Shown here one piece after another: positions 45,561-63,304 of a DNA stretch of 64,000 nt. The stretch is from Eledone cirrhosa (taxonomy: Eukaryota): the NCBI GenBank assembly GCA_964016885.1, contig OZ024743.1, positions 178,622,001 to 178,686,000 of the forward strand. The letters are read 5' to 3'. Each line of letters starts with the position of its first letter. Positions within the stretch are counted from its first letter, which is position 1. The position numbers were made by a program, and so were the translations under genes. Below the pieces are notes generated by a model. That model was not told the origin of the DNA, did not search any database, and worked only from the letters and a program-made list of their open reading frames with translations.

Positions 45561-45955
45561 AGAAGTCATAGTTGCACGAGACCCATCTAAATCATAAAAA
45601 CAGTTTTGTATTGCTCACTAAGGGACCATACCAGGATTACACACATACATTCCTATCACCAACCATTTAAAAGTATATAAAAATAAACATAAAGTAAATA
45701 CAACAGCAAATCATTAACAATTAATTTAATTTTCTACTTTAAAAAAAACAATGAAAATTATTTAGACATATCTCTAAATATCAAATAATTTTCAGGTGTA
45801 AATGTTTTTTCTTCAAAGCTGATCGTATCAATCAGAATATAATAAGTTTCTTAGGAGTTTGTAGTTAGTGAGTCATTTTTTGAAACAATAGACCGACTTT
45901 ATAATCATATACACATTGCACTCTTTCGTTATTGATTTTGTTTCCTGTTTTAACT

Positions 45956-45984
<29 letters not shown>

Positions 45985-45989
<5 letters not shown>

Positions 45990-46108
45990 ATTACATAATA
46001 ACAACACAATATAGTTATTCCATTACCGAAGGTTTCGAGAAACTATATGATTCTTACAGAAATGTCCAGACCTTTCGTCAGACAAAATATTTATTATGTA
46101 ATTAAATA
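45985..46108 (-). mobile_element. Mini fold-back element with hammerhead motif (46015-46090)
   Basis: Ends atttaattacataata / tattatgtaattaaat. Reverse-complement core: tattttgt-CTGACGA-...-GAA-ACC(ttc)GGT-A-atggaata; stem II is imperfect. Confidence 0.65.
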
Positions 46109-46813
46109 GCTCTGTACAATAACTAGAGCACTCTTCTTTCCTTTACCTTTTCTAAGGAAATAATTAACATACACACACATATGTACATACATACATACAT
46201 GGTGGCTGCCAACTCGTTTTCGAGTACGGCCACTACTTTATATCCATGTAGGAGAACCCCTACCGAAGCGCTGAACGAGTGTGACTTTTTAGTCCAGCCA
46301 GCGACTTGAAAACTCTGGTACAAACACTACACTTGTGACAATTATTGACACATAGTGCTGGGCCCATGGTACCATGTGAGGACAAGTGCAGAGAGATCTC
46401 CAGATATAAAGCAATGCCTGTGCCGTGAAGCTTTTATAGTGAGCAAAGGCACTGCACAAAGCCAGTCCCACTCTCTTAACCAAGATGATATTTACCAAAA
46501 AGAAGAACAAGTCAACATCATTGGATACCATCAGGGTTGCAGATGTTATATCAGAGTTTTCCTTCTCCTAGAATTCTGCCTTGACAAAGGCTAAGGGGTC
46601 ATCTCTCCCGGTGATTTTGGATGGCCATTGACTCTTAAGAGCTCCTTTGCCCTTTGACAGGTTTTGTTTTTAGTCCTGCAGGATGTCCAAAGTCACCCTC
46701 CTCACCAAGAAACCTTGGTGGGGTTGCCAGTTTAGTCGCCAACGACCCGACCATGAGACAGGTTGTACTGGGATACATGTTACCAGTAGCACCAACTGGT
46801 GACCTGACATACA

Positions 46814-46873
<60 letters not shown>

Positions 46874-47029
46874 GAGGTTATATTTAATTTGTTGGGTTAC
46901 AACAAGCAAAATATTTTTAAATATATATATAAGGCGCACACCGAAGTCACTCACGCATGCGCGCAGTGTCTAATATATGACTGATTGTTTTATGTATCTG
47001 TGCATTTATTTCTTTATTTTCTTTTGCAG

Positions 47030-47371
47030 ATCCAGATTACGTCGCTTTGCATGTGTGTGAGCATTAGTGCGACGGTAGCGCTGGCCTGCCTATTCGCGCC
47101 GAAAATTTATATTGTTCTATGCCAGCCACAGAAAAACACGCGCAACGCCAACGCAACATCAATACACAGTTCAACGTGTGGAGCAATAGCCAAAAGTAGT
47201 CGCCCCTTTTTCGCTGCGGCTACAGCTCACAAACTGGAACCCAGGATGACGACACAAAATGGAAGTATAGTTGGTCTGGAAGATAACAAGCCTCCAGAAA
47301 TGGCTTTTTCAGACAGCATCGATGATACATCTTGTGACGAAGGGGCTGCTATGGCTAAAACACCAACTTGA
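47030..47371 (+). CDS. Metabotropic glutamate receptor terminal coding exon: TM7 plus short C-tail
   Basis: ttttcttttgcag| acceptor in phase 0, matching the 19636 donor. Encodes IQITSLCMCVSISATVALACLFAPKIYIVLCQPQKN (mGluR TM7) and ends at TGA 47369-47371. Confidence 0.95.
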   Translation: MQITSLCMCVSISATVALACLFAPKIYIVLCQPQKNTRNANATSIHSSTCGAIAKSSRPFFAAATAHKLEPRMTTQNGSIVGLEDNKPPEMAFSDSIDDTSCDEGAAMAKTPT

Positions 47372-47429
47372 TATTCACGTTAACTGAATAACACTATTTA
47401 AAAAACATACGATACTATTAAATAATAAT

Positions 47430-47495
47430 AACAATAATAAATTGATTTAATTAAATATATTTAATTAAATAAAATACATAAATGAATAAATGTAA
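47430..47495 (+). promoter_or_regulatory. Candidate polyadenylation signals (several AATAAA) after the receptor stop codon
   Basis: AATAAA occurs near 47435, 47468 and 47485. The context is AT-rich, so these may be chance matches. Confidence 0.3.
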
Positions 47496-47520
47496 CAAGG
47501 AAAATATATAAATATATAGA

Positions 47521-47599
<79 letters not shown>

Positions 47600-47648
47600 T
47601 TATATGTGTGTATGTAGATATATATATATCTGTATGTATTTATATGTG

Positions 47649-47749
<101 letters not shown>

Positions 47750-48044
47750 TACATACATATATACATACATTCATACATACGTAAATGCATATAAACATAT
47801 ACACACACACATACCAATCAATACATCAATACTCTCAGATGGGGGTGTTTATATAAACAGTTTGATTTATTTCCATACTATCAGCAGGTTCAATATGAAA
47901 AGACGTCCATGTCTTCAGATGTCAGGCATATTTTCAGCTTGAAACATCACTGGTCTTAGGGAGTTCAATCAAACTATATATATATATATATATACATATA
48001 TATATAAATATATATATGTATATATATATATTTCTATGTATGTA

Positions 48045-48094
<50 letters not shown>

Positions 48095-48101
48095 TTGTAT
48101 G

Positions 48102-48168
<67 letters not shown>

Positions 48169-48455
48169 ATATGCAAATGCATGTATATATATATATAAAA
48201 TATCTAAATATATATACGTATATATATATATATATACACCTATATATACACCTATATATATATGTATGTATATACAGGTATATAAATATATAGATATGTA
48301 TGTATATTATATATATATGTGTGTATATACATGTATATATATATATGTGTGTATATATACAAACACATACATATATTCATCTTGTGTACATGTTTGTGTA
48401 TGTGCGCACAATATGAATATATTGAGTGTGTGTATACAAATATATTTATGCATTC

Positions 48456-48489
<34 letters not shown>

Positions 48490-50219
48490 TATACATTATA
48501 TATTATGTGCATATATGCATATACATGTATATACAGAGTATATATTTGTTTGTTTGTTTTTTTAATCAAACATGATACCAATAAATTATATAAACATACA
48601 CATCAACAAATAAATACATAAATAACAATGAAACTATCCACAACGATACACAACAATAACCACAGCAATATAATAAATAACTTTATAATGTGTAAAATAT
48701 AAACACATGAGAATCTAATTATGAAGCATGTACAACTAATGAAAAACTAAAGAGAAAAAAGCAAAAGTAAATTATATAAAAATGACAAATGACCATCACA
48801 TTGATGATTATAATGATAATGATGAGAACCAGTACTGCATCTAGATTTGCTGAAGCCCTAAATATATAAAATTTGGAAGATCCTTATTAAAAATTCTGCC
48901 AGAATGTCCCCCAAAAAAACTTTCAAAAAAAAACAACTATGCCTTTTGATTATTTTTGAGGACCCTGGAGAGTTATATATAGGTTTGCACCGATAATTTA
49001 GCAGATAATCGTTATCGTTATCTGCCATATCAGCCAGTTTGTTGGTTAATTTGTATTGGCCTTTTTGGTCCTGATTAAGTGGTTTCGATAATAAGCCATT
49101 ATGATTTTTTCTGTAAAAGATTATTGATAGAAATGTATGTTGTATGTAGTGACAGAGACATCTGGAAATATATACATGGCAAATTTTCTTAGGAAATGTA
49201 ATATAAGCCGACCAGTTTAATATAATTCTATTTCTACTGCCCCAATATTCTAATCCATGTAATTGGAAATTATTTTGGACTGCCAACAAACGAGCCCCTC
49301 ATCTCAAATAAGAGAATATGTGTTCTATTGACCTTTGAAAAAAGGATTTATTTAAATATCATAAGGCGTCCGATTATGTTTGTTTTACACCTAACATATT
49401 GAACTACATGAAACTACATTAGCGAGACATTTTTACTAAATACAAAACAGCATTAAGATTGCATCTCTTTAAAAGTTTTTACTTTTATTCATGGCAAATT
49501 TTGGCAATATTCTGTCCACTAGTAAAGATATTAGAAACATTTGACTTAACAAATTAGCAAAGATGTTGTCTTCTACTGGATGCTACGAATAAAAACTATT
49601 CAAACAATTTCCAATAATAATGATTCCTGTTATAAAATTTACTCAAACGAAAAATAAAACTTAATAATCAAATTTAAAAATCAGTCTAATTTTCTCAAGT
49701 GGTAGCTCCATAATAATGATAAATTATGAAATATAATATGTTATATACAAATAGTTATAATATACATTTTCATATCATAATACATAATTACATTATAGAT
49801 AATCAGTGGTTGATTAATTGGTATCAGCCAATTAGGCAATGCTGGTTAATCAACAGTTGGCCAATTTGCTTATCGGTGCATCTCTAGATGTAAGATTCTA
49901 GGTTTTAGCTGGCTTAGCTTTTGCCTAAATCTGGTACTGATAAAAATGATGATGAGAAGAATGATAATTATTTTTATTATTGTTACAATAATAATTAATA
50001 TAATTCTAAATATTAATTGATAAATGAAATCCTGGTGATGTTGAAGATTATTCGGAATTGTGCAATTGGATTGAATTAATCAAACATGTAATTGTTATGA
50101 AAAGTAGACAGTCCACAAAGAGATCAATTATAATTCCAGCCATTTAAAATATGCAGGTGTGTACATATATATGTGTATATATATATGTATGTATATATAT
50201 ATATATATGTATATATATG

Positions 50220-50258
<39 letters not shown>

Positions 50259-50321
50259 ATATTTCAAAAGAATGAAAGTTCTAGTAATGTAGAAGTCATT
50301 TCTATCTGAAATAAATCACAT

Positions 50322-50383
<62 letters not shown>

Positions 50384-50429
50384 GTGTATGTATACATATA
50401 AATATATATACATACATATATACATATAT

Positions 50430-50520
<91 letters not shown>

Positions 50521-50533
50521 TATACATATATAA

Positions 50534-50565
<32 letters not shown>

Positions 50566-50622
50566 AAAAATATATATATATATGTGTCCCTTAGCGCCTT
50601 GTGCGTGTAGGAACACATATTC

Positions 50623-50692
<70 letters not shown>

Positions 50693-50898
50693 GTTATAAT
50701 TGTTAAGTTAAAAATTATAAATAAAAAGCAACAACTTCTGATCTGATATACTGACTAATGATAGGACTACATACTGGTGGTAGAGTCCAACATTCTGCTT
50801 GAATAAGCTACATGAGGCAAAGGCAAACACTAAAATTCCCAGTCTATACCACATGAATAATATATATATATATATATATAGATATACATAGATATATA

Positions 50899-50932
<34 letters not shown>

Positions 50933-50958
50933 TATATATGTATATATATGTGTGTATA

Positions 50959-51016
<58 letters not shown>

Positions 51017-51181
51017 TATTGAACTTAAGCTAAAATGTCATTTTTCTTTTTTGTTGGGTGGAGGATACAAGTCAAATCATCTAAAAAAGTCAATTTTGAC
51101 ATTATATAATACCCCGACCATGGTTTCTGAAACTCAAGATTCAACATCAGGAACTCCAATATATATATATATATATATACA

Positions 51182-51286
<105 letters not shown>

Positions 51287-51348
51287 ACATATATGTACAT
51301 ATATATATATATACATATATATATACATATATACATATATATATATAC

Positions 51349-51437
<89 letters not shown>

Positions 51438-52704
51438 CATATATGTACATATATGTATACATATATGTACATATATGTACATATATGTATACAAATATGT
51501 ACATATATATATATATACATATATATACATATATATATATGTATATATATATATATACATACAGACGCATATATATATATATATGCATATAAAACAGTAT
51601 ATAGGGAGTAATACACAAAGAGGTATGTGTTTAATCATAGGGGCTAGAGACGCTTTAGAGTGAAGAACATATTATCTACAAAAGGAGATTGACGTGAGTC
51701 TTTAATTCCATTTTTTTTTTATTTGATATATTGGCTCCTAATTCATTTCTGTATGTAAGTAGAGCTTCTTAAGTTGAATGGTTCGGAGCTGCTGTTTTTA
51801 GCAGTCTTTTGGTCCATTTAGCCCACCATGGGCTCTATAATGCACGTGGTTTCCACTATGTGCATTATTTTAGTTATCTAATATATTTTTAGAAGTGTAG
51901 ACCATATTGTGGTCCACTTGTTGACATGCTCTCTACAATATGGTATCTACATATTTTGTGGTGAAACATGCTATAGTTAGAGCATGTCCAGGTGTAATAG
52001 TTATTATTGGATCGTTAGTACATTTTAATATATTCTTTTAATTGATCTGTATCCTCCTTTCATTTGGTAGACAATATGTTCTTCCCTCTGGTGGTTTTCT
52101 ATCCCCTATGATTAAACACATACCACTTTGTGTATTTCTCTCTATATACTGATTTATAAAGAGCCTGGAATCTATTCCTTGAGCTCATTAAATTATAGAG
52201 GATTAATATGAGTCTTTGACTCTGTTTTTTAATTTTGTATATATATATATATATACAATATATGTTATGGAAAACTGTTAGCTTCTCGCTACAACAATTT
52301 CTATACTTTTCATTTATATATATATATATATATATATATGGAGTGAGGGGATTGAGACATTAATTTTTTTTTTATTTTCATATTAATGTGGACATGTGTC
52401 TCCTAGCTTTGTTCTGTATCCTCAATTTGTGAGTGATCAAGATTGTCACTATATTTTCATATTCTTTTTACCAATATTCATTTTTAAATTATTTTATTTC
52501 AAATCTTCATGAAATGTTGTCATTACTCATATTAATTTTATGAATGTTGGGTTTATACTTATACTTTATGTATATATATATATATATATATATATGCATT
52601 CATATATATGTTATATATATTTTATATATACATATTATATATATATAATATATATATATTATATATACATATTATATATAAGTGTGTATATATATATGTA
52701 TGTA

Positions 52705-52818
<114 letters not shown>

Positions 52819-54509
52819 TTGTAATTCCCCCTTACCTTCATTATAATTTTCTGAGGAGGGGATTATCATCGTTTTGTTATTTTGTATTTTTGATCCTTTA
52901 TTTTTTAGTTTCATAATAATAATAATATTAATGATGATAATGATGATGATGATGATTTTGTTAATTCTTTTGTATTTTTGATCCTTTATTTTTTAGTTTC
53001 ATAATGATAATAATGATGATGATGATGATTATTTCTTTATTAACCACAAGGGGTCCACATGAAAAAAACCTTAATGAAAGCACAGGATGATACAGAACGA
53101 TACATTTTTGTGGGCGATTTTTACATATAATACCAAAAAAAAGAAAACAATATATAAAATTTAAAAAAAGAAAATTCCCCAATATTGGGGTGACTTCTGA
53201 AGGTCACTCATGGTGGGAAAAAAACTCTGCAAAAATCCATGTCCACTCTTATCGCTAGGGTCAAATATCTCCTCCTCATTGTCTTCCTCCATTCTATAGA
53301 TGTATACTCAGAGCAGGTCTATTCACTTGGACTGTGTTCGCCTCCTCCATCCATGAATGACACCACTTTTCTCCACATCTAATCCTCTAACAGTGTGTGT
53401 TTATCTACATATACACTGAAACAAAATATTCCTAACAAGGACTGAACTTAATAGAATCAAATTCCTATTGGCACTGCCTCCTCTCACTTGCTCTCCCAAT
53501 TTCTCACTATTATAAGCAAATGGGACCCATGCACAGGTTGCTCCGCGACCCCAGCGGATAGAATAGAGAAGGCGTTTCCCCAGAGGATGGGGAGGAAAAT
53601 GAGTTGGAAGAGCCATTCCAGCTTGAGAGGCTCACATATGTGGGTAGCCAACTTTGTGCTGATGGTGGTGAGTAGGGAGGTGGTCCTTGGGTCAAAGACT
53701 CCAGTAGTCTCCACCTCTATAAAACACTGAAGTGGATGTTCCACCAATCACTATGGCCCTACCAATGGCTGTGAAAGCTTGATGACATTCCAATTGCCAA
53801 GCATTCCTTGTCAATTTTTTTATTGTCCCACAACTGTGGGTATGTCAAGGAGACAAGATTGAATAATGAAAGCATTGATGATTTCTAACACAAGTAGAAG
53901 GCTAGTAATTTTGGGGGGGTTTGTGGTGGGGGGAGAAAGTCGATTATACCAGCCCCAGTACTTGACTAGTACTTTATTTTCTTGTCCCCAGAAGGATCAA
54001 AGGCAAATTTCAGTTAGGTGGGTGTTGAACTAAAGATGTGTTGCACAGTAACTAAATGCCATAAAGCATATTGTCTGAATCCATTTCCTCTCATTTATGG
54101 CTTTCATAGTTCTTTCCTCTATTTTCCCATACAGCCAGATCTGCCCTTCCCTAATCCTTCCCCATTTTGTCATTTGTGTAACTCTTCTTTACAATAAAAC
54201 TCTAATTTAACAATTGCAAATATCTAAATGAAGTCGATATATAGGCAAACTCTTCAGTGAAGTTGTTGGTGTGGAATGCCTTATTCACACTTTATCAATG
54301 AATAAGATTAAAAGAAACACATTTGTTCATAAAAATAAACTGAATTCTTTCTAATGATTCTACCAATCCAATTCGTATGAATGAAACAATTCTAGTCCTA
54401 TAGAACTCATTTCTATAATATATGAATATATATACATATATGTATAGTGGTATAAGACTGGGATGTTATATCCATAGTAAATAGAGCAGTCAGTCCATAG
54501 GACGAGTTC

Positions 54510-54642
54510 AGTATGAAGTTAGTTTCACAACAAATTAGCAAACCATACTCGAGGACACATGTTTCACCTAACAAATTTTCCCATTAAGTGAAACATGTGT
54601 CCTCGAAGATGGTTTGGTAATTTGTTGTGGAACTAACTTTAT

Positions 54643-54645
<3 letters not shown>
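54510..54645. repeat. Hairpin with ~57-bp arms
   Basis: gtatgaagttagtttcacaacaaattagcaaaccatactcgaggacacatgtttcac ... gtgaaacatgtgtcctcgaagatggtttggtaatttgttgtggaactaactttatac. Confidence 0.88.
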
Positions 54646-54734
<89 letters not shown>

Positions 54735-56067
54735 ATATATATAACCCATGTTACCATGGAAAATGGACGTTAAACGAAGATGATGATGATGATGAGGATA
54801 TATATATACATATATATACATATATATTTTGAGAGATGTGTATTAATACCTCAAGAGGGAAAATAGAGAGAAGCCCAGTAACAAGAACCAAATTATATCT
54901 CTCCCGCTACATAATGATGCTATCTATTACAACTCAGATGTGCCACCCAACTGTTATCTCATATTAGGGACTTAAATATATTTTTCTCTGCTATTGTTTT
55001 ATTTCCTATTATAATTGTTTAAATATTTCAATATTATATCTCTAAAATATGTTATAAATATATATTATATATATATATTAATGTCTAACTCTGACATTTT
55101 TATAACAAGTCATAACCCCATGAATGAAATTCTAACTGAATGTATTAAGATTTTCAAAATCAGGTGGTATTTGTCATTATAAAATCTAAAATGGGTTGTT
55201 GATCAGTTAATAATCCTATAGCTGAATGTTATATACAACTATGATAATATGTCTTCTCTCGGGTCTCGAACAATAACCCCCACCCCCACCCCAACCCCCA
55301 TCTGGTTTCTGAAAAAGTCAACAAGACAACTTAGAAAAGTTACTGATTTTACAACACAACCCCATACTCCACTTATTCCAAACGCCCTCACGTATTCAAA
55401 CTCCCCTGCTTATTTACACCACCCCACATATTCCAACATCTCCCCTTCCCTATTATTTGGGACTCAAAAATATGTAAATAAAATATTTCATGTAATTTCA
55501 AATCTTGTAACTGGCAAGAAGATTTTGGCTGTAAGAGGGAAGTATGTGAGCAAACCTGTCCTGGTCACTGAATAAAATCTTGCTCAATAAACCGATGAAG
55601 GAAATTAGTGAACCTCAACCTGGTTGATTAACCTGCTAGAAACAAAAGTTTCTACTTTTAGCACAAAGTCAGCAATTTTCAGGAAAGGGGAAAGCTGATC
55701 TGTTTAAATAGACCCAAGGACGTTACTGGTACTTTATTTTATCAACCCCATATTAATAACAGGCAAAGCTAACCGCAGCAGGATATGAGTTCAACATCTA
55801 GAAATTATAACAAATTCTGCCTCAAATTACACAATACAGTGTTCCTAAAAATGGCATTGTACAAAGTAAAAGTAAAGACCTCTTTCAGTCATGAATGACC
55901 ATTGCATTTGTACCTAGAGGTACAAGTCTGGGCAAGGTAGTTTGTAGAAGACGAGCAATCACCAATGTATACCAATCTCCCCTTTCTATGATGCGGGTGT
56001 TGTCCATATGGAAATGCAATGGCTGATACAGCTTGGCACATTGGTGTGACAATATATACTTGTATAA

Positions 56068-56102
<35 letters not shown>

Positions 56103-57009
56103 CATATATATATATACATATATATGTATATATATATATACATATATACATATATATACATACAATATATACACTTTACACGTCATATATACACTATATG
56201 TGTTTTCTCCAGGAAATGCAAAGGTTGCTACAGCTTGGCACCAGTGACATCGCAACATATTTTATTCTGCTACATTTATCAAGCTGTATTTTCCAGTCTT
56301 ATGTCACCTTTTTTTTTTAACTTAAGTTATTTTATTTTCCAAAGCTGTTTATACAAAAACAAAACACACAATTAAAGGGAACAAAAAAAAAAGAAATGAA
56401 TAAAAGAAAAAGAAAAAAGAATTAAGCAAGAAAAGAAAGGGATTTAGGGAGGGACAGGCTCTACATGCCAGTCCGAGCAGTGCCTCAGCCATGCCCTACT
56501 GACAAAATGGCGAAGGTATTACCACTAAGAATGGCCAGAAAAGCCCGCTGCAATAGCCACTTCACCTCACATAGTGATCCCTCATCAAGTTGGCCACTGT
56601 CTTTCTGATTTTACGGAAGAAATCAGCAATGTGGGGATCAAAAAAACACCAGAAGTCTTGACAAAGACCAATACAAAGTGGAAGCAATCGGTCAGTTTTA
56701 AGCATATCTCCCTACTTCCTTATAGTTTTTTCAGTGCCAAGTAAACCAGCTCTCTGTGAAGTCAGAAATGTCACCTCAATATCCATCAACTTCAAACAAT
56801 TATTTTAATTTCTTCCCATTCACCTTAACACTCCTATTACAATTCAGGTAATCATTTATTGTCAACTCCAATTTCTCTGAATTTTCTACCTGATATTTGT
56901 GTAGTTTTTCACATTCTTTGTCTACTTATTTTATTGTGATCCTTATTATTGTTATTGATGCTGATTTTGTTTTTGTTGTAGTTATTGTTGTTGTTATTGT
57001 TGTTATTGT

Positions 57010-58260
<1,251 letters not shown>

Positions 58261-58486
58261 TCCTGTTGTTATTATTGTTGCTATTGTTGTTATTATTTAA
58301 GCATTATTTTTTTCTTGTTTGGGTTTTGTTTTTATTTTTACCTCTTCCAAGTCAACTCAAACAGTTTGATCCATAATTTATTAATAAGCTCAAATTAATA
58401 TTTACCTGTTTGTCTGGGTGGAGAAAAGGTAAATAAATCTGTAAGTTGCCTGTAAGTAACTCATTTGACCCACAGGGTGTAACCTA

Positions 58487-58655
58487 ATATATCATGACCC
58501 AGGAGTAATATATGACCCAGATGACCCAGGGGTAATATATGATGACCCAGCGATAATATATGATGACCCAGAGATAATATATGATTACCCACATGTAATA
58601 TATGATGACCCAGGGGCAGTAAATTATTACCCAGGGGCAGTAAATTATTACCCAA
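58487..58655. repeat. Minisatellite, ~21-bp unit (atatatgatgacccaggggta), about 8 diverged copies
   Basis: Directly visible periodicity. Confidence 0.85.
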
Positions 58656-61642
58656 GAGGCAATACAAAACCACCATTGCATAGATTTAATAAACAAATGG
58701 AATTATAACCAAGTTGCAAATGATAGGTACTATCAGCAATGGAAATACCAATAAAAACATTGTTTCCTTGGTCTAATTTGATGTGTTTCACTCTACTCAG
58801 TAAATGAATGAGGTCTGGAATGTTGTCAATCATTAAGATTGGCCATGGATTGGCAGTATCGGTAGAGGGTCGGATGCCATGCTTTGCAGCAAAAGAGTTA
58901 TGGCCCTTTATGGTCTGAGTTCAAAGCCCACCGAGATTAACTTTACCTTTCATCCTTACGGGGTCGATAAAATAAAGTACCAGTAATACACTGGGATAAT
59001 TGCTGGCCTTGTGCCAAAAGTAGAAACAATCATTAAGATTGAGAGATTATATGATGGCCACAGAACAGAAGCAGTGTATAATAATCATGGCATAGATTTA
59101 CTACACAAATGGGAGTATGACACATGCAGTATATGATCCCTAAGGACTAATTTCACTAAACTAAATCAGAACAAAATGTATAGCACCATGTGATACATTT
59201 AAAAACAAAATGTCGGCTATACTGTTAATGCATGCTAAAATGTTTCTCTTCACAACATACCACCATAGTTTTCACTTTTATTCCAATAACACAGACCCAT
59301 GTTAATTTCATTCAATTTTCCTGGTTACATTTTTATGATTTTATCAAAATTTTCTTTAGTTAAATAATAGATAGTGGTAAGTTACTATTTTTAGAAAATG
59401 TTGTCTTTTTTCCAGTGCTGTACTCTTTAATTTGTCCAAGATCAAGGTACTTAACTATAATTCTGTGGTTCCAAAGAGTTGTAAGCTACATAAACTGTGT
59501 GGTTCTTATATCTACAGTGTTAGCATTGTAAAGGTTATACAGGTCTTTCTGTTGGCTGCTATATGCTATTATATCTTCAATGTTATCTCTGCCACTTTAC
59601 ACTAAACTAAACAAAGAGTGAATTAGAGACTGGATGTTAGGGAGTAGGTAATTTATTTCATAGATAGATATTACTCTATTACCTGTTCCAGCTGAGAGGC
59701 TGAGGCCAAGCTAGGGCACTGCTATATATATAAATAAAAGCCATGCCTTGTGTATCTTCTTCACTTTCGCGTGCTCTGATGAAAACGACTGGTTATAAAC
59801 AAAGTATTGGAGATTGATTGACGTAAAATCAAGCGAGTAGCGAACTCTAGACCTACCAGATCAAAGAAATAATTGTCAGCAATGTGAATAAAGCCCTTAT
59901 TGTATAGCAAACCATGTCACTCTTCTTTCTTGAATTATATATACATATATATATATATATTACTTTTTGGAAAATTTTATTTAGTTATATGTTATACATA
60001 AACATATTGTGTCAACAATATTTTACAAAAAGAAGTTATACTTTTTCATCTTCTTTGTCCACTTATTCTTGAGAGGGCCATAAGGGTAGAGTCAGCAGGT
60101 CCTGTCAGAAGCAACCGTCTCCAACTGGTCCGGTTAGATCCCTAAGTGAGACCAGCCAAGCTTATGGATGTTATCCAACCATCTTGCTTAAGGTCAACCC
60201 CTGGGTCTCCTGCTGGTTGGTTTTGCTCGTAAAATCTGTCCTGTAATTCTTTCCTGAGACATTTAGAGTCTTGGAGTATCATACATAGCATCGGAGTGGT
60301 AATCTCTCAACTCAGAGATGTAGCAGCTCAACCTGGAGTGACTCTCAAATCTCCAAGCTATGCATTCTAGTGAAGGAACCCCATTTCGGCCACTTGTATT
60401 CACGATCATATTAAAGATTCATGACCATAGGTAAGAAGTTATACAATGATGAAATTATGAGAAAAAAGATAAAAACAAAATTTTTGATGAAAAAAGAGGG
60501 GGGAGGAATAAAGAAGGGCAGATCTGGCTGTATCGGAAATACCCAAATGTAAAATAAAAATACCTACACACACAAATATATACACATAAAAAGAAAATCG
60601 CAACCATTAATAACATGCAATAAAATACTAAAAAAGAAAAGAGAGAAAATTAAAAAGAAGGATGGCCTAATAGTTAGGAGGCTTGACTTACAATCCCAAT
60701 GGTGTTGGTTTGATTCCTGGACAGGATGCAGCATTGTGTTCTTGAGCAAAACACTTTATTTCACATTATTCCAGTACATTTAGCTGAGAGTGAGTACCAA
60801 GAGTAGCTGGAGAGTTAATCCTGTGATAGACTGGCATCCTATCAAGGGAGAGTCTTGTACTCTCAGCTATTTGACACCAAAGAAACTGGGTATAAGCACT
60901 GGGCTGATGAGCCTTTAACTTAGAACAGAATTTAACTAAATACAATATGACATGTTTGATGAATAACAGAATTCTAAAACCAACTTTGGTTTGTTTTGCT
61001 CGAGCACAAGAATTATATACAATATTATATTTCGAGAGGGAGAGAATTGCTGTGTTGTAACATTTATAAATTCTACAAGACATAAATGGATCAAAGTGGA
61101 TTGCTTCTGGCTAAACTTTAAATTAACCTGAGGAATTGGTTGGTTGAAATATTACTCTTTTAAACTTAGGTGTTCTTTACATATACGTTGATGAATAATA
61201 TCGGGTAAAAATCACGGAAAAATATTTATTCATAAAAAGGATTTAATATTAAAAAAATGAAAGTTTTCATTTAAATACAGTTGGTGAGGAATAGATATTA
61301 TTGAAAAATATCCAGTCCATTTTAAATGTCAAAATATTCAGATATGTTCAAACTATTCCAAAATTGAACAGAGGGAAAAAGAAATCTTCATCTTAAAATG
61401 TCCAATTTCATCCATTCACCTATTTATATACATACATAACATACATACATGTATTTATATGTATATACATATATATATATATAAATATACATATATATAT
61501 ATGTATATATGTGTGTATATATATATATATGTTTATAATATACACACACATATACATAGAGAGAGATATGGATATAAATATAAAGGCTTATATTTCTATG
61601 AATATATAGAGATAAATTAATATATAAATATATATATAAATG

Positions 61643-61712
<70 letters not shown>

Positions 61713-61853
61713 AGAATGCGTGTTTAGAATTCAGCAGCAATAAAAAAGATGAAAATTGAAGAAGATATATATATATATCCATATGTGGTTGACAGCTGAA
61801 AGAAATGAGTATGCAATACCAAAGTAGTTTTAATATTCATTTCATTAAGGCTA

Positions 61854-61903
61854 TGTTACTGTCTGATGAACCTGTGATAAACAGGTGAAATTCCAGAGTA
61901 ACA
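61854..61903 (+). ncRNA. Minimal hammerhead-like motif
   Basis: tgttactgt-CTGATGA-acctgt(gataa)acaggt-GAAA-ttcc-agagtaaca. Stem II is perfect and stem I pairs, but stem III is essentially absent. Confidence 0.6.
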
Positions 61904-61922
61904 AGACTCACTATTTAGCCGT

Positions 61923-61986
<64 letters not shown>

Positions 61987-62027
61987 AAGAAAATTGTAGT
62001 TTACTTAAAGCATTGCGTAGTGAGGTA

Positions 62028-62386
62028 TAAATGTTTGAAGTTAGAAGGCCAGAACAATGCAGGTAAGGATATAGAATATAAATACAAATACAAAAGATAT
62101 CGCTGACAATTAGTCTTTTACCTTAAATTTATTTGAATATCCTTAAGTTTTGAGATAATATCTCTTCCTCAGAGGGAAGTAAAGGGGTTAATCCAGTGTT
62201 CTAATTGGCTTGCCAAGCTAATTAGAAAACTCGATTAACCCCTTTACTGAGGAAGAGATATTATCTCAAAACTTAAGGATATTCAAATAAATTAGAGGTA
62301 AAAGACTAATTGTCAGTGATATCTTTTGTATTTGTATTTATATTCTATATCCTTACCTGCATTGTTCTGGCCTTCTAACTTCAAAC

Positions 62387-62392
<6 letters not shown>
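62028..62392. repeat. ~365-bp imperfect palindrome between (TA)n tracts with a degenerate hammerhead core
   Basis: Arms are reverse-complementary around about 62210. CTGAGGA-agagat(att)atctc-AAAAC at 62247-62273 (GAAA mutated). Confidence 0.85.
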
Positions 62393-62435
<43 letters not shown>

Positions 62436-62610
62436 ACATGTGCCTGTGTGTGTGTATCAGAAGATTGAAGTAGAAGCTTTCATTGTACTTTGACAACAGA
62501 TAATAGTCTGAACATAGGGAAAAATATATATGTCTAACATTTCTATTGCTGCTGGATTCTACACACACATTCTTATATATATATATATATGCATGTATAA
62601 ATATATATAA

Positions 62611-62694
<84 letters not shown>

Positions 62695-62757
62695 ATGTGT
62701 GTGTGTATATGTGTGTTTATACGTATGTTTATAAGTATGTTTATATGTATATATCTA

Positions 62758-62850
<93 letters not shown>

Positions 62851-63215
62851 ATGTATGAATTTAATAAATAATAAATTAAGAGAAATCCAAAATAATTTTC
62901 TTCATTATCCCCAGAGGAATTCCTTCCTCTCATAAAACATCTGCTAGCGACTTGAACATATATATATATTTATATCTATATATATGTATATATATATGTA
63001 TATATATATATATATATCTTTTCCTGAGTCCTGTATTTTCGTTGCTGTGGTAATGCGGCTGGACTGCTGATTGCTATATTTGATTTGCTAAGCTGTCTAA
63101 ACGTATTGTTATTACTCTGGGGTACTATCCCCATCCGAATGCTAAAGCTACATACCGAATTTGCATTCGTTAGCTTGGCCACAAACTAAAGCTTCGTTAA
63201 TGCTGTACTAAAATT

Positions 63216-63304
<89 letters not shown>

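Noticed and set aside
47288-47310. Homer-binding motif in KPPEMAF
   Set aside because: The spacing is PPxxxF, not the PPxxF consensus.
51720-52230. Possible coding remnant on the minus strand
   Set aside because: The frames are interrupted by stops and I could not assign a motif with confidence.
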